Of a DNA stretch of 64,000 nt, positions 9,388-20,500 are shown in pieces. The notes under the pieces are model-generated. The model was not told the DNA's origin. It saw only the letters and a program-made list of their open reading frames with translations, and ran no database searches. Location: the IMG/VR virus record IMGVR_UViG_3300021560_000001, one strand, 5' to 3'. Source of the DNA: an uncultured virus (IMG/VR IMGVR_UViG_3300021560_000001) (taxonomy: Duplodnaviria > Heunggongvirae > Uroviricota > Caudoviricetes). The position numbers were made by a program, and so were the translations under genes. Each line of letters opens with the position of its first letter. Positions within the stretch are counted from its first letter, which is position 1.

Positions 9388-11934
9388 ATGGAACACCGTG
9401 TCCTGTACAGAGACAACCAAGAGCTGCCTTCCGATGATCTCAACAATGCCGAGGAGTGGACGCAGGAAGCGCTAGATCACGTCGTTGTCGATACCATCAC
9501 CACCTTTTCCAGGTACTCTGGCTTCGTTATCTCCAAGGCTTCGGCCACGGTGCTGTCGATCTCGCCCGGTCGTCTCTATTCGCCGACCGGCGCGGTGTAT
9601 GCGCGCGAGGAAGTAGTCTCGCTCGACATTTTCAACGATCGCCCCGTTACCACGCAGCGCTATTTTGCCATCGTTGCCTGGGGGCAGACGGTGCAGGAGG
9701 ACATCCAGCCGCGTGATTTCTTGGTCGACGCCGATACCGGGCTGGCTGAGCCGCAAAGCGTGGCGATGACCGAGACCCGTTACTGCAACGTCAATTACGT
9801 GCGCGGCATCGAGAGCACTAGCGCGCAATTCCCGGCCATCGACGCCAATGTCACCTTGCTCGGTTACGTGCTGACCGATCCCACCGGCATCCTCACCATC
9901 ATTCAATCGAGCAGCACGCAGGTCGACAATCTTGCCATCGTGGCGGCGCGCGTTTCGATGCTGGAGGCATGGCGCGGCATTGTCGATGGCGCGTTGGCAA
10001 CGCTGCGCACCGATCTCGCCAATCTGGCGAAGTCGCTGCTTTTGTACACGCCGCTGTCTGATTTCCAGAAACTGGTCGATCTGGTCAACGAGCTGTGGGC
10101 TTACGCGCACCGTCCGGCCACCTTCATCTTTTACGGCACCGACCGCTTTCTCGATACCTCGCAGAGCCAGACGGCCGCTAACATTGATGGTGCTTACAAT
10201 GCGCGCGTGGAGGAAGGGCTGCGGTTTCCCGGCGGCGGCACCGGCTGGGTAGGGCCGTTGGCGCTGCTCAATGCAAGCGAGCCGGTGGTGCAAACCTGGG
10301 ACGACTTTACACTGCCGAGGCCATCCGGCTCGCGCGTGCGCTACGACTGCTCATTCCCGAACTTGACCTGGACGCCGGTGCGCATCCTCACGTTCGGCTA
10401 TTGGACATTCACATGCCGGCATCTGACCCCGGCACGTTGGCGCTTCCGCTGTGGTCCGCCCTACTTGCCGAACCCGCCCGGGAGCGTGTGGCTATATACG
10501 GGAGACAAGGACCCGATCATCATAAACCTGATGTTCGACGGCCCATGGCACGCCGAGAATTGGGCGGTCACCAATCAAGCCAACACGAGCCAGCACGATG
10601 AGGACAACATTTATTGGCCGCGCATCGGTCAAGACCGCTGGAGATATTACTGGCGCGATTGGACGACGCATAACTATTGGGGCAAGAACTTCACCGACTT
10701 TAGTCATTCCGGCAATCACTGCGCGCAAACGCTGTACAACGCGCAGGACGGCTGGCTGACGGGTCTCACGCTATTCACGCATACCAATCTGTCGCAACCG
10801 ATCACGCTGGTGATCTCCGGTTGCTTGGCCGATGGTACTCCCGATCATGGCAACCAGACTTTGCGTCGCGTCGTGCTTGGTGCCGACGACGTAACCGCGT
10901 GCTACGCGGCTCCGATCCTGGCAGGAGACATTGTTTCTTCTGCCGGTTTCACCACCAGTATAACGCCGACGGCTTTGCAGCCAGGAACGCATATCTCGAC
11001 CGGCGAGCTGGTGATTTCCTCCACTCAAATGGGGATAGGAATTACTGGCGCGCCTTATTACTCAAACCTGCTTCAGCAAATCTACAACATCCCGGTCTAC
11101 GTCTATCCGCTACGCATCAACTTCAAGCCGGTATTCTTGGCCGCCGGCCAGCGCATTGCGATCCATACGCACTCGACGTTCGATCACCAATTGTCCTTCG
11201 TCGATGACGATGACGCGCCGTTCCAAGTGCACCAAGGCTCGTTCTGGTATTTCGATGGCACGCTCTTCAAAATCTGGACCTCGTCGCGGCGCACGCTGCG
11301 GTTCATGGCGCATTATGCCACTTGGGGCCGTTGGGGCGACCAGCAATCGCCGGGCGGGCAGCTGAACTATTTGATCAATCTGCAACCGCTGCAGTTGGCT
11401 ACTGGCATCGGCGCCGTCGACGTTCTGGCCGATCACATCATCCCGGCGGCCACCGATCTACACTACGAGGTGCAGGTCGGCGCGGTGTGGCGGGCATTCA
11501 CGCAAGATGCGACGTTCCTCGATGGTACGGCGCCGCTGCTCCAGTTCCGCGTGTCGATCACCGGGACGACGGATCTGATGCCTGGCTTCTCGCTGGTCAA
11601 CAGCGAGGTGACATTGGCGCGCGCAGCGTCCAACAATTTCTATCACATCTCGACGGACGTTCTGCTTGGCTCGCCGACTACCGCCGTCAAAGTGACGCTG
11701 AAGATGCACAATTTCGTTTCTGCGCACCATACGTGCACTGTTGCATTGCATTATGGAGCCACCCGCAACACCACTGGCGTCGTTGCTGATGTGCTCAATG
11801 ATGATGGCTCGATCACCCGCACGGTTGCATTCACCACCGCGAGCCAGAGCGATTATGTGATCGAGATTACTGGCATCACTGACGGCACTGGCACGCCGTT
11901 CTTCATCAGCGAGCGCGATACCTATGCAACGTGA
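9388..11934 (+). CDS. Large baseplate/tail fibre protein
   Basis: 848 aa, follows gpI, AAGGA RBS; coiled coil then beta-rich region. Confidence 0.6.
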   Translation: MEHRVLYRDNQELPSDDLNNAEEWTQEALDHVVVDTITTFSRYSGFVISKASATVLSISPGRLYSPTGAVYAREEVVSLDIFNDRPVTTQRYFAIVAWGQTVQEDIQPRDFLVDADTGLAEPQSVAMTETRYCNVNYVRGIESTSAQFPAIDANVTLLGYVLTDPTGILTIIQSSSTQVDNLAIVAARVSMLEAWRGIVDGALATLRTDLANLAKSLLLYTPLSDFQKLVDLVNELWAYAHRPATFIFYGTDRFLDTSQSQTAANIDGAYNARVEEGLRFPGGGTGWVGPLALLNASEPVVQTWDDFTLPRPSGSRVRYDCSFPNLTWTPVRILTFGYWTFTCRHLTPARWRFRCGPPYLPNPPGSVWLYTGDKDPIIINLMFDGPWHAENWAVTNQANTSQHDEDNIYWPRIGQDRWRYYWRDWTTHNYWGKNFTDFSHSGNHCAQTLYNAQDGWLTGLTLFTHTNLSQPITLVISGCLADGTPDHGNQTLRRVVLGADDVTACYAAPILAGDIVSSAGFTTSITPTALQPGTHISTGELVISSTQMGIGITGAPYYSNLLQQIYNIPVYVYPLRINFKPVFLAAGQRIAIHTHSTFDHQLSFVDDDDAPFQVHQGSFWYFDGTLFKIWTSSRRTLRFMAHYATWGRWGDQQSPGGQLNYLINLQPLQLATGIGAVDVLADHIIPAATDLHYEVQVGAVWRAFTQDATFLDGTAPLLQFRVSITGTTDLMPGFSLVNSEVTLARAASNNFYHISTDVLLGSPTTAVKVTLKMHNFVSAHHTCTVALHYGATRNTTGVVADVLNDDGSITRTVAFTTASQSDYVIEITGITDGTGTPFFISERDTYAT

Positions 11935-11942
11935 GGAGCATC

Positions 11943-12155
11943 ATGGCTGATCCCATCGCCTACCGCGTCACAGTCAATCGACCGTTCATCTTCATGGATC
12001 TCGTGTTCGGTCCCGCCGCCGTGCAAGGGCCGAAACAAGGCTACCCTTGTTACGAGTTTCCGGCTGACATCTACAATAATGGCACGCTCGCAGACGGCAC
12101 CGCGATCAGGGATTTGTGTGCCACCGTCGATCCGGTCTATCCGCCGACGCCATGA
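11943..12155 (+). CDS. Small tail-region hypothetical protein
   Basis: GAGGAG RBS; coupled to next gene. Confidence 0.55.
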   Translation: MADPIAYRVTVNRPFIFMDLVFGPAAVQGPKQGYPCYEFPADIYNNGTLADGTAIRDLCATVDPVYPPTP

Positions 12156-13498
12156 CGCTGGCACTGAATTACACATCGGATCTGCAGGTCCGCTCGGACA
12201 AGGAGGAAGTTGACCTCAACTTCTTCAATCGGCGGTACTTGTCGATCTTCAATGCGCTGACGGCGCTTGATGCTCGTCAGATGGTATTTGACGGACAGGT
12301 TAACACTTTCGTTTCCACTGCGTTGCAGCAGCTAAACAATCTTCTCGGACCGCTGCTGACGCAGATACAGAACGCCAGCACGCTCGGCTTCCTGTGGGCG
12401 AAGGCGGTCGGTACCCCGGTCAACCTCGTCAACGGCGAGGCGAACGGCTTCCGCGTCACGGAAAACGCGCAGCTGTTCACGCCGACACCTGTGCTGATGG
12501 TGCAGGACCTCACCGATACGACCAACTGGGGCCTGGTCACGCTGGACGATGGTGGCTGGACGAAGTCGACCGGTGACCTCGCCGTGCACGTGATCTACGC
12601 GACCAAGACGCAAGTCTCGAATTCGTGGTTCATCTCCGATAGCGCCGCGATATTTCCGGCGATGAACAATGTGCTGGCACAGACGCAGTCGGCGCGCGAC
12701 CAGGCGTTATCGGCACAGTCGGCTATGGCGGCGAATGTCGCCACCATGAATGCACTCGTGGCTCAGGTGCAATCTGGTCCAGTGGTCAGCGTTGCCGGCA
12801 AGACTGGTGCGGTGACACTGGTCGAGGCCGATATCGGTGGCCTAGTCACTGATTTGGCCGCCAAAGCCTCGTCGACTTCGGTGACCACGCAACTTGCTGG
12901 CAAGCAAGATAGTGCTGCCAAGCTCACGACGCTGGCAGGCATGACTTGGGCAGCCAATCAATTGCTCATGGCGACCAGTACCGCGGCACTTACGGGGTTG
13001 CCGATTAGTGCTTTCGTGCAGACTATCCTCGACGACGTCGATGCAGCTACGGTGCGCACGACCATTGGCGCTGCGGCCACCGGTAGCTTCCCGGCCAAGG
13101 CTTCGTCGGCCACCGTTGCCGCCGGCACTGATGATACGCAATGGGTATCATCGCTAGGCGTGGCCGGCACTTATCTGCCGCGTTTGACGGCCTTTGATCT
13201 GCATACGACCACACCCTACACGCTGCAGAGCAGCAACAATGGCCAGGTGGTACGGATGTCGTCGGCGAGCGCGATGACCGTGACATTGCCGAACAATTTC
13301 CCGGTCGGTTGGAATTGCGTGGTTGAGCAGAGCGGAGCTGGTATCGTGACGTTCTCGGCTGCTTCTGGTGCGACGCTGAATACGCGCGGTGCGCGCAATA
13401 AGACTAACGGGCAATACGCATTGGCCTCGCTGTACGTGACGGCAAATGCGGGCGGCGTGGCCGCTATCTACACACTGGCCGGAGACCTTAGCACGTGA
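12152..13498 (+). CDS. Tail fibre protein
   Basis: VSVAGKTGAVTL repeat, LAGKQD; C-terminal YTLQSSNNGQVV..TVTLP..FPVG..Q.GAG.VTF..GDL domain typical of fibres. Confidence 0.8.
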   Translation: MTLALNYTSDLQVRSDKEEVDLNFFNRRYLSIFNALTALDARQMVFDGQVNTFVSTALQQLNNLLGPLLTQIQNASTLGFLWAKAVGTPVNLVNGEANGFRVTENAQLFTPTPVLMVQDLTDTTNWGLVTLDDGGWTKSTGDLAVHVIYATKTQVSNSWFISDSAAIFPAMNNVLAQTQSARDQALSAQSAMAANVATMNALVAQVQSGPVVSVAGKTGAVTLVEADIGGLVTDLAAKASSTSVTTQLAGKQDSAAKLTTLAGMTWAANQLLMATSTAALTGLPISAFVQTILDDVDAATVRTTIGAAATGSFPAKASSATVAAGTDDTQWVSSLGVAGTYLPRLTAFDLHTTTPYTLQSSNNGQVVRMSSASAMTVTLPNNFPVGWNCVVEQSGAGIVTFSAASGATLNTRGARNKTNGQYALASLYVTANAGGVAAIYTLAGDLST

Positions 13499-14190
13499 TC
13501 CCGGCAATGCTGGGCGCGGTAGCGGCATCGGTATCCATGCCTACCGCTACATTCTTTGCTGCTGGGCCGCGCACTGCTTTCACCGATTTTACCACCGGCA
13601 TAACTGCGCAATATCCGGCAGGCGTGCAGGACGGCGATGCCTTGTTCTTGTGCTTCATGAGTTACGGAGCTCCGTTCAGCGCAAAGACTATTTCGGGATG
13701 GGATTTTATCAGTAATACGTCCGGACTGACGCTTCTGGGGAAGGGGCGTAGTGGCGATAATTCGGTATTTGTGCAAACGGCAAACTACGGTGCAGCAATA
13801 GTTTTTGTCTACCGCAACTGCTCCGGAATGCCTAATGCCGTCTCAGTTACTGCCGTCTTCGGTTCACTTAACGTTAGTGCAATAACATCCGTAGCTGACA
13901 ACAATTTGGCGTTGAACCTGCTCTATGGCAATCGCACAAGGCCGAGCGGCACTCCTGTTCCACCAATAATTTCCGAAGAAAGTGGTTTCGTCGTGCGCAT
14001 AACCGACGCCTGGTTTGATCCGGTTTACGGCTATGACCACGCTGTTGAATTGAGCGACAAGCCATTGAGTAACGGACAGAGCACGAGCGGTAGCGGGAAT
14101 ATCTCGGTGGGTTCCAATGCTGCCAATTTGTACGCGCTGGCAGGGACTATCGGATGGCCCGGACCGTATCTCGGCAGTGGCAAAAAATAA
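13495..14190 (+). CDS. Putative fibre-tip/receptor-binding accessory protein
   Basis: GTGA overlap; YPAGVQDGDALFL motif; visibly AT-richer than neighbours. Confidence 0.5.
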   Translation: MIPAMLGAVAASVSMPTATFFAAGPRTAFTDFTTGITAQYPAGVQDGDALFLCFMSYGAPFSAKTISGWDFISNTSGLTLLGKGRSGDNSVFVQTANYGAAIVFVYRNCSGMPNAVSVTAVFGSLNVSAITSVADNNLALNLLYGNRTRPSGTPVPPIISEESGFVVRITDAWFDPVYGYDHAVELSDKPLSNGQSTSGSGNISVGSNAANLYALAGTIGWPGPYLGSGKK

Positions 14191-14199
14191 GGGGCAGAG

Positions 14200-14421
14200 A
14201 TGCCGATCACGCTCATCTATCAGAACATTCGCATCGATGGCACCATGTCCGTGTCGGTAAGCGACATCACCGAGGACCCGGATAGCGGCGGCTTCGTGCG
14301 CCGCATCGACTTCTATCAAGATCCGACCAACACAGTTAATCGCGTGCCATCGCTCACCGTCATGATCTACGGCGATCAGACTAGCCTGAAACTCACGATC
14401 CCTACGGGGGTTACGTTCTAA
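14200..14421 (+). CDS. Small hypothetical protein
   Basis: 73 aa, RBS, before sheath gene. Confidence 0.55.
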   Translation: MPITLIYQNIRIDGTMSVSVSDITEDPDSGGFVRRIDFYQDPTNTVNRVPSLTVMIYGDQTSLKLTIPTGVTF

Positions 14422-14438
14422 CGCAAGGAGAAGTAGCA

Positions 14439-16328
14439 ATGACCGCTCCGAAGTTCGGTCTTCAATTCATCATCGTCGACGACCAGCCCCAGCCCGTCAT
14501 TGGGGCAAATATGGATGTGATCGGCATCGTTGGTCCGTGCTCGACGGCGAGCAACAGCCGATTTCCGTACGACACGCCGGTCCTGGCGTACTCGAACGAC
14601 TCCACGTTGTTCAACGACCTCGGTCCCGATGGGTACCTCCTCGACGCCATCGACGGCATCAACGATCAGCTCGCGGACTTCGAGATCGCCGCGCAGCTCG
14701 TGATCGTGCGCACGCGCTACGGCACCGACGCCAATGCCAACATCAAGCTGGCGCAGACCATCGCAAACATTATGGGCAACTCGGTCGCTAGCACCGGCGT
14801 GCACGCGCTGCTGCGAGCTCCTAATCTGTTGTTCTGTACGCCGCGGCTGATCGTTTGCCCCGGCTATACCGGCCAGCAGGCGAACTCGCTCGATACGCTC
14901 ACCACCAACATCGACGGCGTCGGCTACACGCCAGGCCAGACCTATCAGGTGACGTTCGCGCAAGGCGCGGGCGAGACCAACGGAGCCTATCTGATCATGC
15001 CCGTTGCGCACGCGGTGGCCGATGTTAATGGCAACATCACTGATACTGAGATGTTCATCGACAGCTACGGCGCTTACTTCAACGTGGCGCCGACCGCGAC
15101 ACTGCCGGCGCCCGACGGCCCGCCGGTCACGGCGCTCGCCGCTTCCGGCTCGATCACTTTCTCGAGCAATCCAGGCGTTGGCGCGACTATCACGCTCAAC
15201 GCCACCGTCTGGACGTTCGTGTCGGGCGCGCCAGTCGGCAATCAGACCCAGCTTGGCGCGAATCTGTCAGCGACGCTAACCAGCCTCGTCACCAATCTTA
15301 ATGCCTCGGCCGATGTGCAGGTATCGAAATGCACGTACTCGATCAGCCAGGGCACGTTGCTCATCGTCGACGACACGGCAGGCTCTGTCGGCAATAACTT
15401 CACGCTCGCCGCCACCGTGACCGGCGCTTCGCTTTCCGGCACACATTTGTCGGGCGGTCGCGATGCTGTCGCCTCGACGCAGGCGACGTTGCAAACCGCG
15501 CTATCGGTCGGCGCTAATCCGGTCTGTGTCGAGCTCCCCGGAGTGCTGGACCAGCTGATCGGCTATGCTTTCGTGGAGAGCGCTGGCACCTCGCAGATTT
15601 CCGACGAGCTATGGCGCAACACCATGAATTCGCGCCGCATCGTGCCGCTTTCCGGCGGATGCCGTGTGATCGACCAGGCCAGTGGCCTGGTGGTCTCACG
15701 TCCGCTCGCGCCGAGAATGGTAGGCATGCAGGTCGCCCGTGATCATGAGATCGGTGCGCCTGGACACAGCATCGCCAACCGCCCGATCCAGGGCATCGTT
15801 GCGCCTGGCCGTACCATCGTGTTTTCGCTCACCGATGGCGCCTGCGAGGGCCAGCAGCTGCTGGGGGCAAACATCGGCATCACCGTGCGCGGCAACGTCG
15901 GCGTGGAGACCGCCATCTCGTCGGGCGGCTTCATCGGCATTGTGCTCGACAACGCGGGAGACGACACCTTGTGGCAAATGTATTCCGTTTGCCGCATGCG
16001 CGACTTCATCCATCTGTCGTTGATGCCGGCTTTGCGGACTTACTTGGGCCGGACTAACATCACCAAGCAGACCATCATCAACGTCCTGTCGACAATCGGC
16101 GACTTCCTCGGCAATGCCAAGGCGCGGGAATGGATCATCGACTATAGGATGAACTTCAAGGGCAATCTGAACTCGGCGAGTGAGATCCGGCTTGGTCATC
16201 TCACCGTCGGCTTCCAGGCAGAAGAGCCGCCGATCACCGAGCGGATCACCACGATGTCGGCCCGCTACAAGCCGGCGATCGACCACATGGTGCAGCAGCT
16301 CGAGCAGCAACTCAACATTGCGGCTTAA
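14439..16328 (+). CDS. Contractile tail sheath protein (P2 FI-like) with inserted domains
   Basis: VIGIVG...TPRLIVCPG...HSIANRPIQGIV...F.AEEPPITERIT motifs. Confidence 0.92.
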   Translation: MTAPKFGLQFIIVDDQPQPVIGANMDVIGIVGPCSTASNSRFPYDTPVLAYSNDSTLFNDLGPDGYLLDAIDGINDQLADFEIAAQLVIVRTRYGTDANANIKLAQTIANIMGNSVASTGVHALLRAPNLLFCTPRLIVCPGYTGQQANSLDTLTTNIDGVGYTPGQTYQVTFAQGAGETNGAYLIMPVAHAVADVNGNITDTEMFIDSYGAYFNVAPTATLPAPDGPPVTALAASGSITFSSNPGVGATITLNATVWTFVSGAPVGNQTQLGANLSATLTSLVTNLNASADVQVSKCTYSISQGTLLIVDDTAGSVGNNFTLAATVTGASLSGTHLSGGRDAVASTQATLQTALSVGANPVCVELPGVLDQLIGYAFVESAGTSQISDELWRNTMNSRRIVPLSGGCRVIDQASGLVVSRPLAPRMVGMQVARDHEIGAPGHSIANRPIQGIVAPGRTIVFSLTDGACEGQQLLGANIGITVRGNVGVETAISSGGFIGIVLDNAGDDTLWQMYSVCRMRDFIHLSLMPALRTYLGRTNITKQTIINVLSTIGDFLGNAKAREWIIDYRMNFKGNLNSASEIRLGHLTVGFQAEEPPITERITTMSARYKPAIDHMVQQLEQQLNIAA

Positions 16329-16332
16329 AAAA

Positions 16333-16398
16333 ACGCACGGCCGGGTGAAGCAACACTCGGTGAACTGGCAAGGAGGACTGACAGCCTCCTCCGTGCGT
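16333..16398 (+). promoter_or_regulatory. Predicted three-way-junction RNA structure between sheath and tube genes
   Basis: ACGCACGG/CCGTGCGT closing stem enclosing CCGGGTG/CACTCGG and GGAGG/CCTCC hairpins. Confidence 0.45.
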
Positions 16399-16438
16399 GA
16401 CCCTTCATGTCTAGCGCTGTTAACCGGAGACAAACACC

Positions 16439-17011
16439 ATGCCCAACACGCCTCTGATTATGAAAAAGGCCAACCTGTTCTGCGGCAAGGAAGCCGCTGA
16501 CGAGAGCAACAGCAACCATCTTGTTCTCGCCGAGCTCAAGCTGCCAACGATGGAAGAACAGTATGTTGATCATCGTCCCGGTGGCGGTCCGATCACCATC
16601 GAAATCGATCTGATGGTCAACCGGCTCGAGGCGACGTTCAGCCTGGTCGGTTGGTCGCCGCAGGTGGCGGAGCTATTCAACTCGTGGGTTGCCGACGACA
16701 ACTGGTTCACCGCCTACGGCTATGTGCAGGACCAGATCACCGGCGAGGCTTCGCAAGGCATCGCGCTGTTCCGCGGGCGGCTAGGCCGTGCGGAGCCGGT
16801 AAATTGGCGCCCGGGTGATTTGCAGCACTGGAACTACTCGATCCGTTCCATCCTGCACTATGAGCTGGTGCTGGCCGACGAGTCGCTCTACCTCTACGAC
16901 TTCGCCAACAATACGTTCCTGGTCGGCGGCGTCGATCGCATGGCTGACATCAATGCTCAGCTGCAGACCGGCGCGACCAACATCTCGCCGATCATCGTGA
17001 GCAGCGCGTAG
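16439..17011 (+). CDS. Major tail tube protein (P2 FII-like)
   Basis: ANLF...LAELKLP...HRPGGG..I...LEATF...GRLG...YSI..I.HYEL...GGVD. Confidence 0.9.
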   Translation: MPNTPLIMKKANLFCGKEAADESNSNHLVLAELKLPTMEEQYVDHRPGGGPITIEIDLMVNRLEATFSLVGWSPQVAELFNSWVADDNWFTAYGYVQDQITGEASQGIALFRGRLGRAEPVNWRPGDLQHWNYSIRSILHYELVLADESLYLYDFANNTFLVGGVDRMADINAQLQTGATNISPIIVSSA

Positions 17012-17015
17012 TCGC

Positions 17016-17522
17016 ATGGTTGATGTGACGATCAATCTGCTGCAGCCGATCGAGCACAACGGGCAACGGATCGCGAGCGTCGGCATTAGCCGCCCGAAGC
17101 TCGACCATCAGATACGGTGGATCGAGCAGCACTTGTCGACGCTCGGGCTGCTGTCGTTGCTGAGTGGGCTACCGGAGACAGCTCTGCGCGAGCTGAGCAA
17201 CGCCGATTGGGGATTTACCATCGCTGTTCTCACCGCTCTATGTCCGGACCCGATCCAGCAGGATATTGCGCAGGGTACGCACCCGTTCGTGACGCCTGCA
17301 TTTGGCGAGGTACTGCCCGTCGAGCAGGAGCAGGCCGCGCTAGAACCGGCGCCTGACCAACGTTTTCCCGAACCGCCGGAGGATGCGACCGAGGTCAAGC
17401 GCTTCGACAAGCCGCCGCAGTTGAAATTCCCGCAGGCGAAGAAGAAGGGCCAGGTCGAGCCGGAAGACGAGGGCGACGGGTTGGGTATGGAGCCGCAAGG
17501 AGAGATCGCGCAGGTGAGCTGA
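17016..17522 (+). CDS. Tail assembly chaperone (gpE/Mu gp41-like)
   Basis: ITL..PIEHNG..I.SV.I.RP...LSLLSGLP...L.EL...D; position. Confidence 0.75.
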   Translation: MVDVTINLLQPIEHNGQRIASVGISRPKLDHQIRWIEQHLSTLGLLSLLSGLPETALRELSNADWGFTIAVLTALCPDPIQQDIAQGTHPFVTPAFGEVLPVEQEQAALEPAPDQRFPEPPEDATEVKRFDKPPQLKFPQAKKKGQVEPEDEGDGLGMEPQGEIAQVS

Positions 17523-17523
17523 G

Positions 17524-20500
17524 ATGCCTGACATTGCCGAAACCAACATACGCATAAGCGCTACGGATGATACTGCCCGCGCGCTGTCGGGCATGTTGCA
17601 GAACATGCGCTCGACGGCCGAAGCGGTTAACGCGATGTGGTCGAAGGGTATCAACTCGGAGATCGAGCGCACGATAAATAGGCTGCAAGACCTATCGAAG
17701 AAAGCCGAGGAGGAGGTCGGCAGAAAGACAACGAGTTCGTTCCAGAAGGCGGCGGGCGCCGTCAGCAGTCTTGCTCAAGGCGTCGTCGGCTTGGTCGGTG
17801 CGGGAGCGATCGAGGAGTTCGTGCGGCGTGGCGTTTCCGGCTTCATGAACTTCGAAGACGCGATAACGCGCGCCAGACAAGAGATCAAGCTGACGGACGA
17901 GCAGATGAAGACGGTGACGGAGACCGTCGAGCGGATACGACAAAAAACAGGGGCCAGCAAGGAGGAGCTGGTCAGTCAGCTGCGTGATTTCCTTGCGCTG
18001 TCGGGCGCGCAGACGGATGAGGGAATCAAGCTATACGAACGGCTGCAGGCGATCGCGCGCGCCACTGGCGTCTCATTTGACACGATCTCGAAAGGTGCGA
18101 TCTCGGCGCTTAAACAGCTCAAAGTACCGCTCGATGAGGTAGAGGGTGTGGTTGCGCAATGGGCGACCACGATGCCGAAGGCGATGCTGGGGCCGTTTTT
18201 GCAGGCCGTGCCGGAACTCAACAAACTACTCGAGCAGGTGCACATCGGCGGCAAGAACCGAACTGCCGATCTTGCGGCCATGTTTGCCACGTTGGCGGAG
18301 AAGATGGGTGATCCGCGGCTTGCGGCGGATGCACTCAAGAACTCGCTGTCGGAGGCGATGGATACGAGCACTAGGCTCGGCCGCATGATGATCCCGCAGA
18401 TGGCGGCTATCAAGTCCAGCTCCGATCCGTTGATCGCGCTTTACGATGCCTTGCTCGTGAAGTTCAAGGAACTAGGTCTGTTGGGAGGAGACGAAACTGC
18501 CCGCATCAAGGCACAGCGGTTGGGAATTCCTGATGAAACGGTCGAGACCATAAGAAAGTACGGCGAAGCCCAAGATCAAATAAGAGCGAAATTGACTAGC
18601 GTTGCCGAGGCGATTGCTCAGATCACTCAGAAAAATGCCGAGCTGGATGAAAAGTTCAAGGCATCGGCGACGCGCATGGCGGCATTGATCGCCGACCTGG
18701 GCGAGAAGGTAGGCGAGTTTCTGAACACTTTGGGAGCGCCGAAAGCCCTTGAAGATTTGAATCAATCTATGAAGACATTGAACGAGGTCGCACATGAGTT
18801 ACAGGCGGCATTTAATTGGGAACTCGATTGGAAGAAATTGCTGAATATCACCGGCCTCACCGAAGAATGGGAGCATATCAAGGGCGTCTGGAAGGGCCGC
18901 GAGGAGAGAGTGCGAGGAGAGGGCGCGCCGAAGCTATTTGAAGGCGAGGGCGGTGGTCCTCCCATCATGATGCCAACGCCATTCCAGCATGGCGGCATTG
19001 TCAGCAAGCCAACTTTGGCAATGCTCGGCGAGGCAGGGGCGGAAGCAGTGGTGCCGCTAACTGGCGCTCGCGGCGGCGGCGGCGAAAGTGTCGAAGCCGA
19101 AAAGGAAAATACGCGTGAGACCAAATCGCTGACCGAGGAGTTGCGCAGGCTTAACGATATTTTGGAGTACAGGGGCTTGGGCGCCGCTGGGGCCGCCGGC
19201 GGCGGCGCCGATGGCGATGGCGGCGATCCAGCTAGGGGAACGCGGGGCGGCACTCGCGATCCGAGCACTGGCCGAATGCGCGGGACTCCGGAGGCGCCGA
19301 CGCCGCGCACGCGTGTGGACGGCAAGCCGGTGCCGCAAGACCCGTATGTGCACCCGGCAACTCCGGCTGACGTTCCAAGTGGAGGACCGCCAGCTCAATA
19401 TCGCCCTGAGTATCACGCGGAGGGCGGAGATGTGACTCCTGGCAAACCCGCGGTGGTTGGTGAGAAGGGTCCGGAGATCGTCTTGCCGCGGCCTCGTACC
19501 CGCCCCCGCCCAGCGCCAGCGCCTGCGCCTGCGCCTGTTGCTCCCACGATCGTTGGTGAGAAGGGTCCTGAACTCATCATGCCACGCTCACAGGGCAGGG
19601 TTATTCCGGCAGCTGAAACGGCGTCGCTACGACGGGTCGGTGCAAAACACGGCCTCACCCCGCAATCTATCGCTGGTCTGATTTCTGTCGAATCGGGCTG
19701 GAGCACAGGTGCCACTGGAAGTCATGGAAAGTATCGTGGTCTTACACAGATCGGTCAGCAGACTTTCAGAGAGGCCGGCGGCAAACTCGGCGGTTTAACT
19801 TGGTCGGAATATCTGAAAGCGTCACCAGCGAAACAGATCGACGTTTATGGTGCTTGGCTCGATCATTATAAGTTTGACCAAAAAGTAAAAGCGGCCGGTG
19901 TTGATCTTTCCAAGATGTCGCATGCAGAGCAAGCCGCATTTTTGCAAGCAATGCAATTCTCTCCCAATGCAAATGAATGGATGAAGGACCCAAATACGCG
20001 AGCCACTCTTTCTTCGCAAGCTCGTGTGCTTGGTGATACTTCGCGGGCGCAAATGGCGGCTTATTACAAGACTATTCTTCCTGCTGGCGGAGGACAGCCA
20101 ACACAATATGCCAGCGGCATGGACCTCGAAGGCGATATTGCAACACGGAGCAGGACACTCGATGTAGCCCGCATAGAGCGCGAGACTCGCCTGGCTGGTC
20201 CCACAGGAATGGATATTGAGGGCGACCCTGCGACACGGAGCAGGACGCTTGAAGCGGCGCGAGAAGATATGCGCAAAGCGTCGCTCGCGCCGGTGGACAG
20301 CTATAAAGCCGCGATTAGGCGTGGTGAACGAGGTGAGTTTAATGCGGCACGCACAGGAGAGTTTGGCAAACTCGGTAGCATACAAACAAAAACAATCACC
20401 CTGAGCAATGGCCAGTCGGTAAAAGTTAATGCGCTCGTTGCTGATCGCTATGAAGGCTTTTTGAACGAAATGATAGAACGGGGATATCCGGTCGATGTTC

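Noticed and set aside
16333..16398. Hammerhead ribozyme or intrinsic terminator
   Set aside because: Lacks the CUGANGA/GAAA core and has no 3' U-tract
17016..17522. Programmed frameshift in the tail chaperone
   Set aside because: No convincing slippery heptamer found by eye, and the gene ends 1 nt before the tape measure gene, leaving no room for an extension
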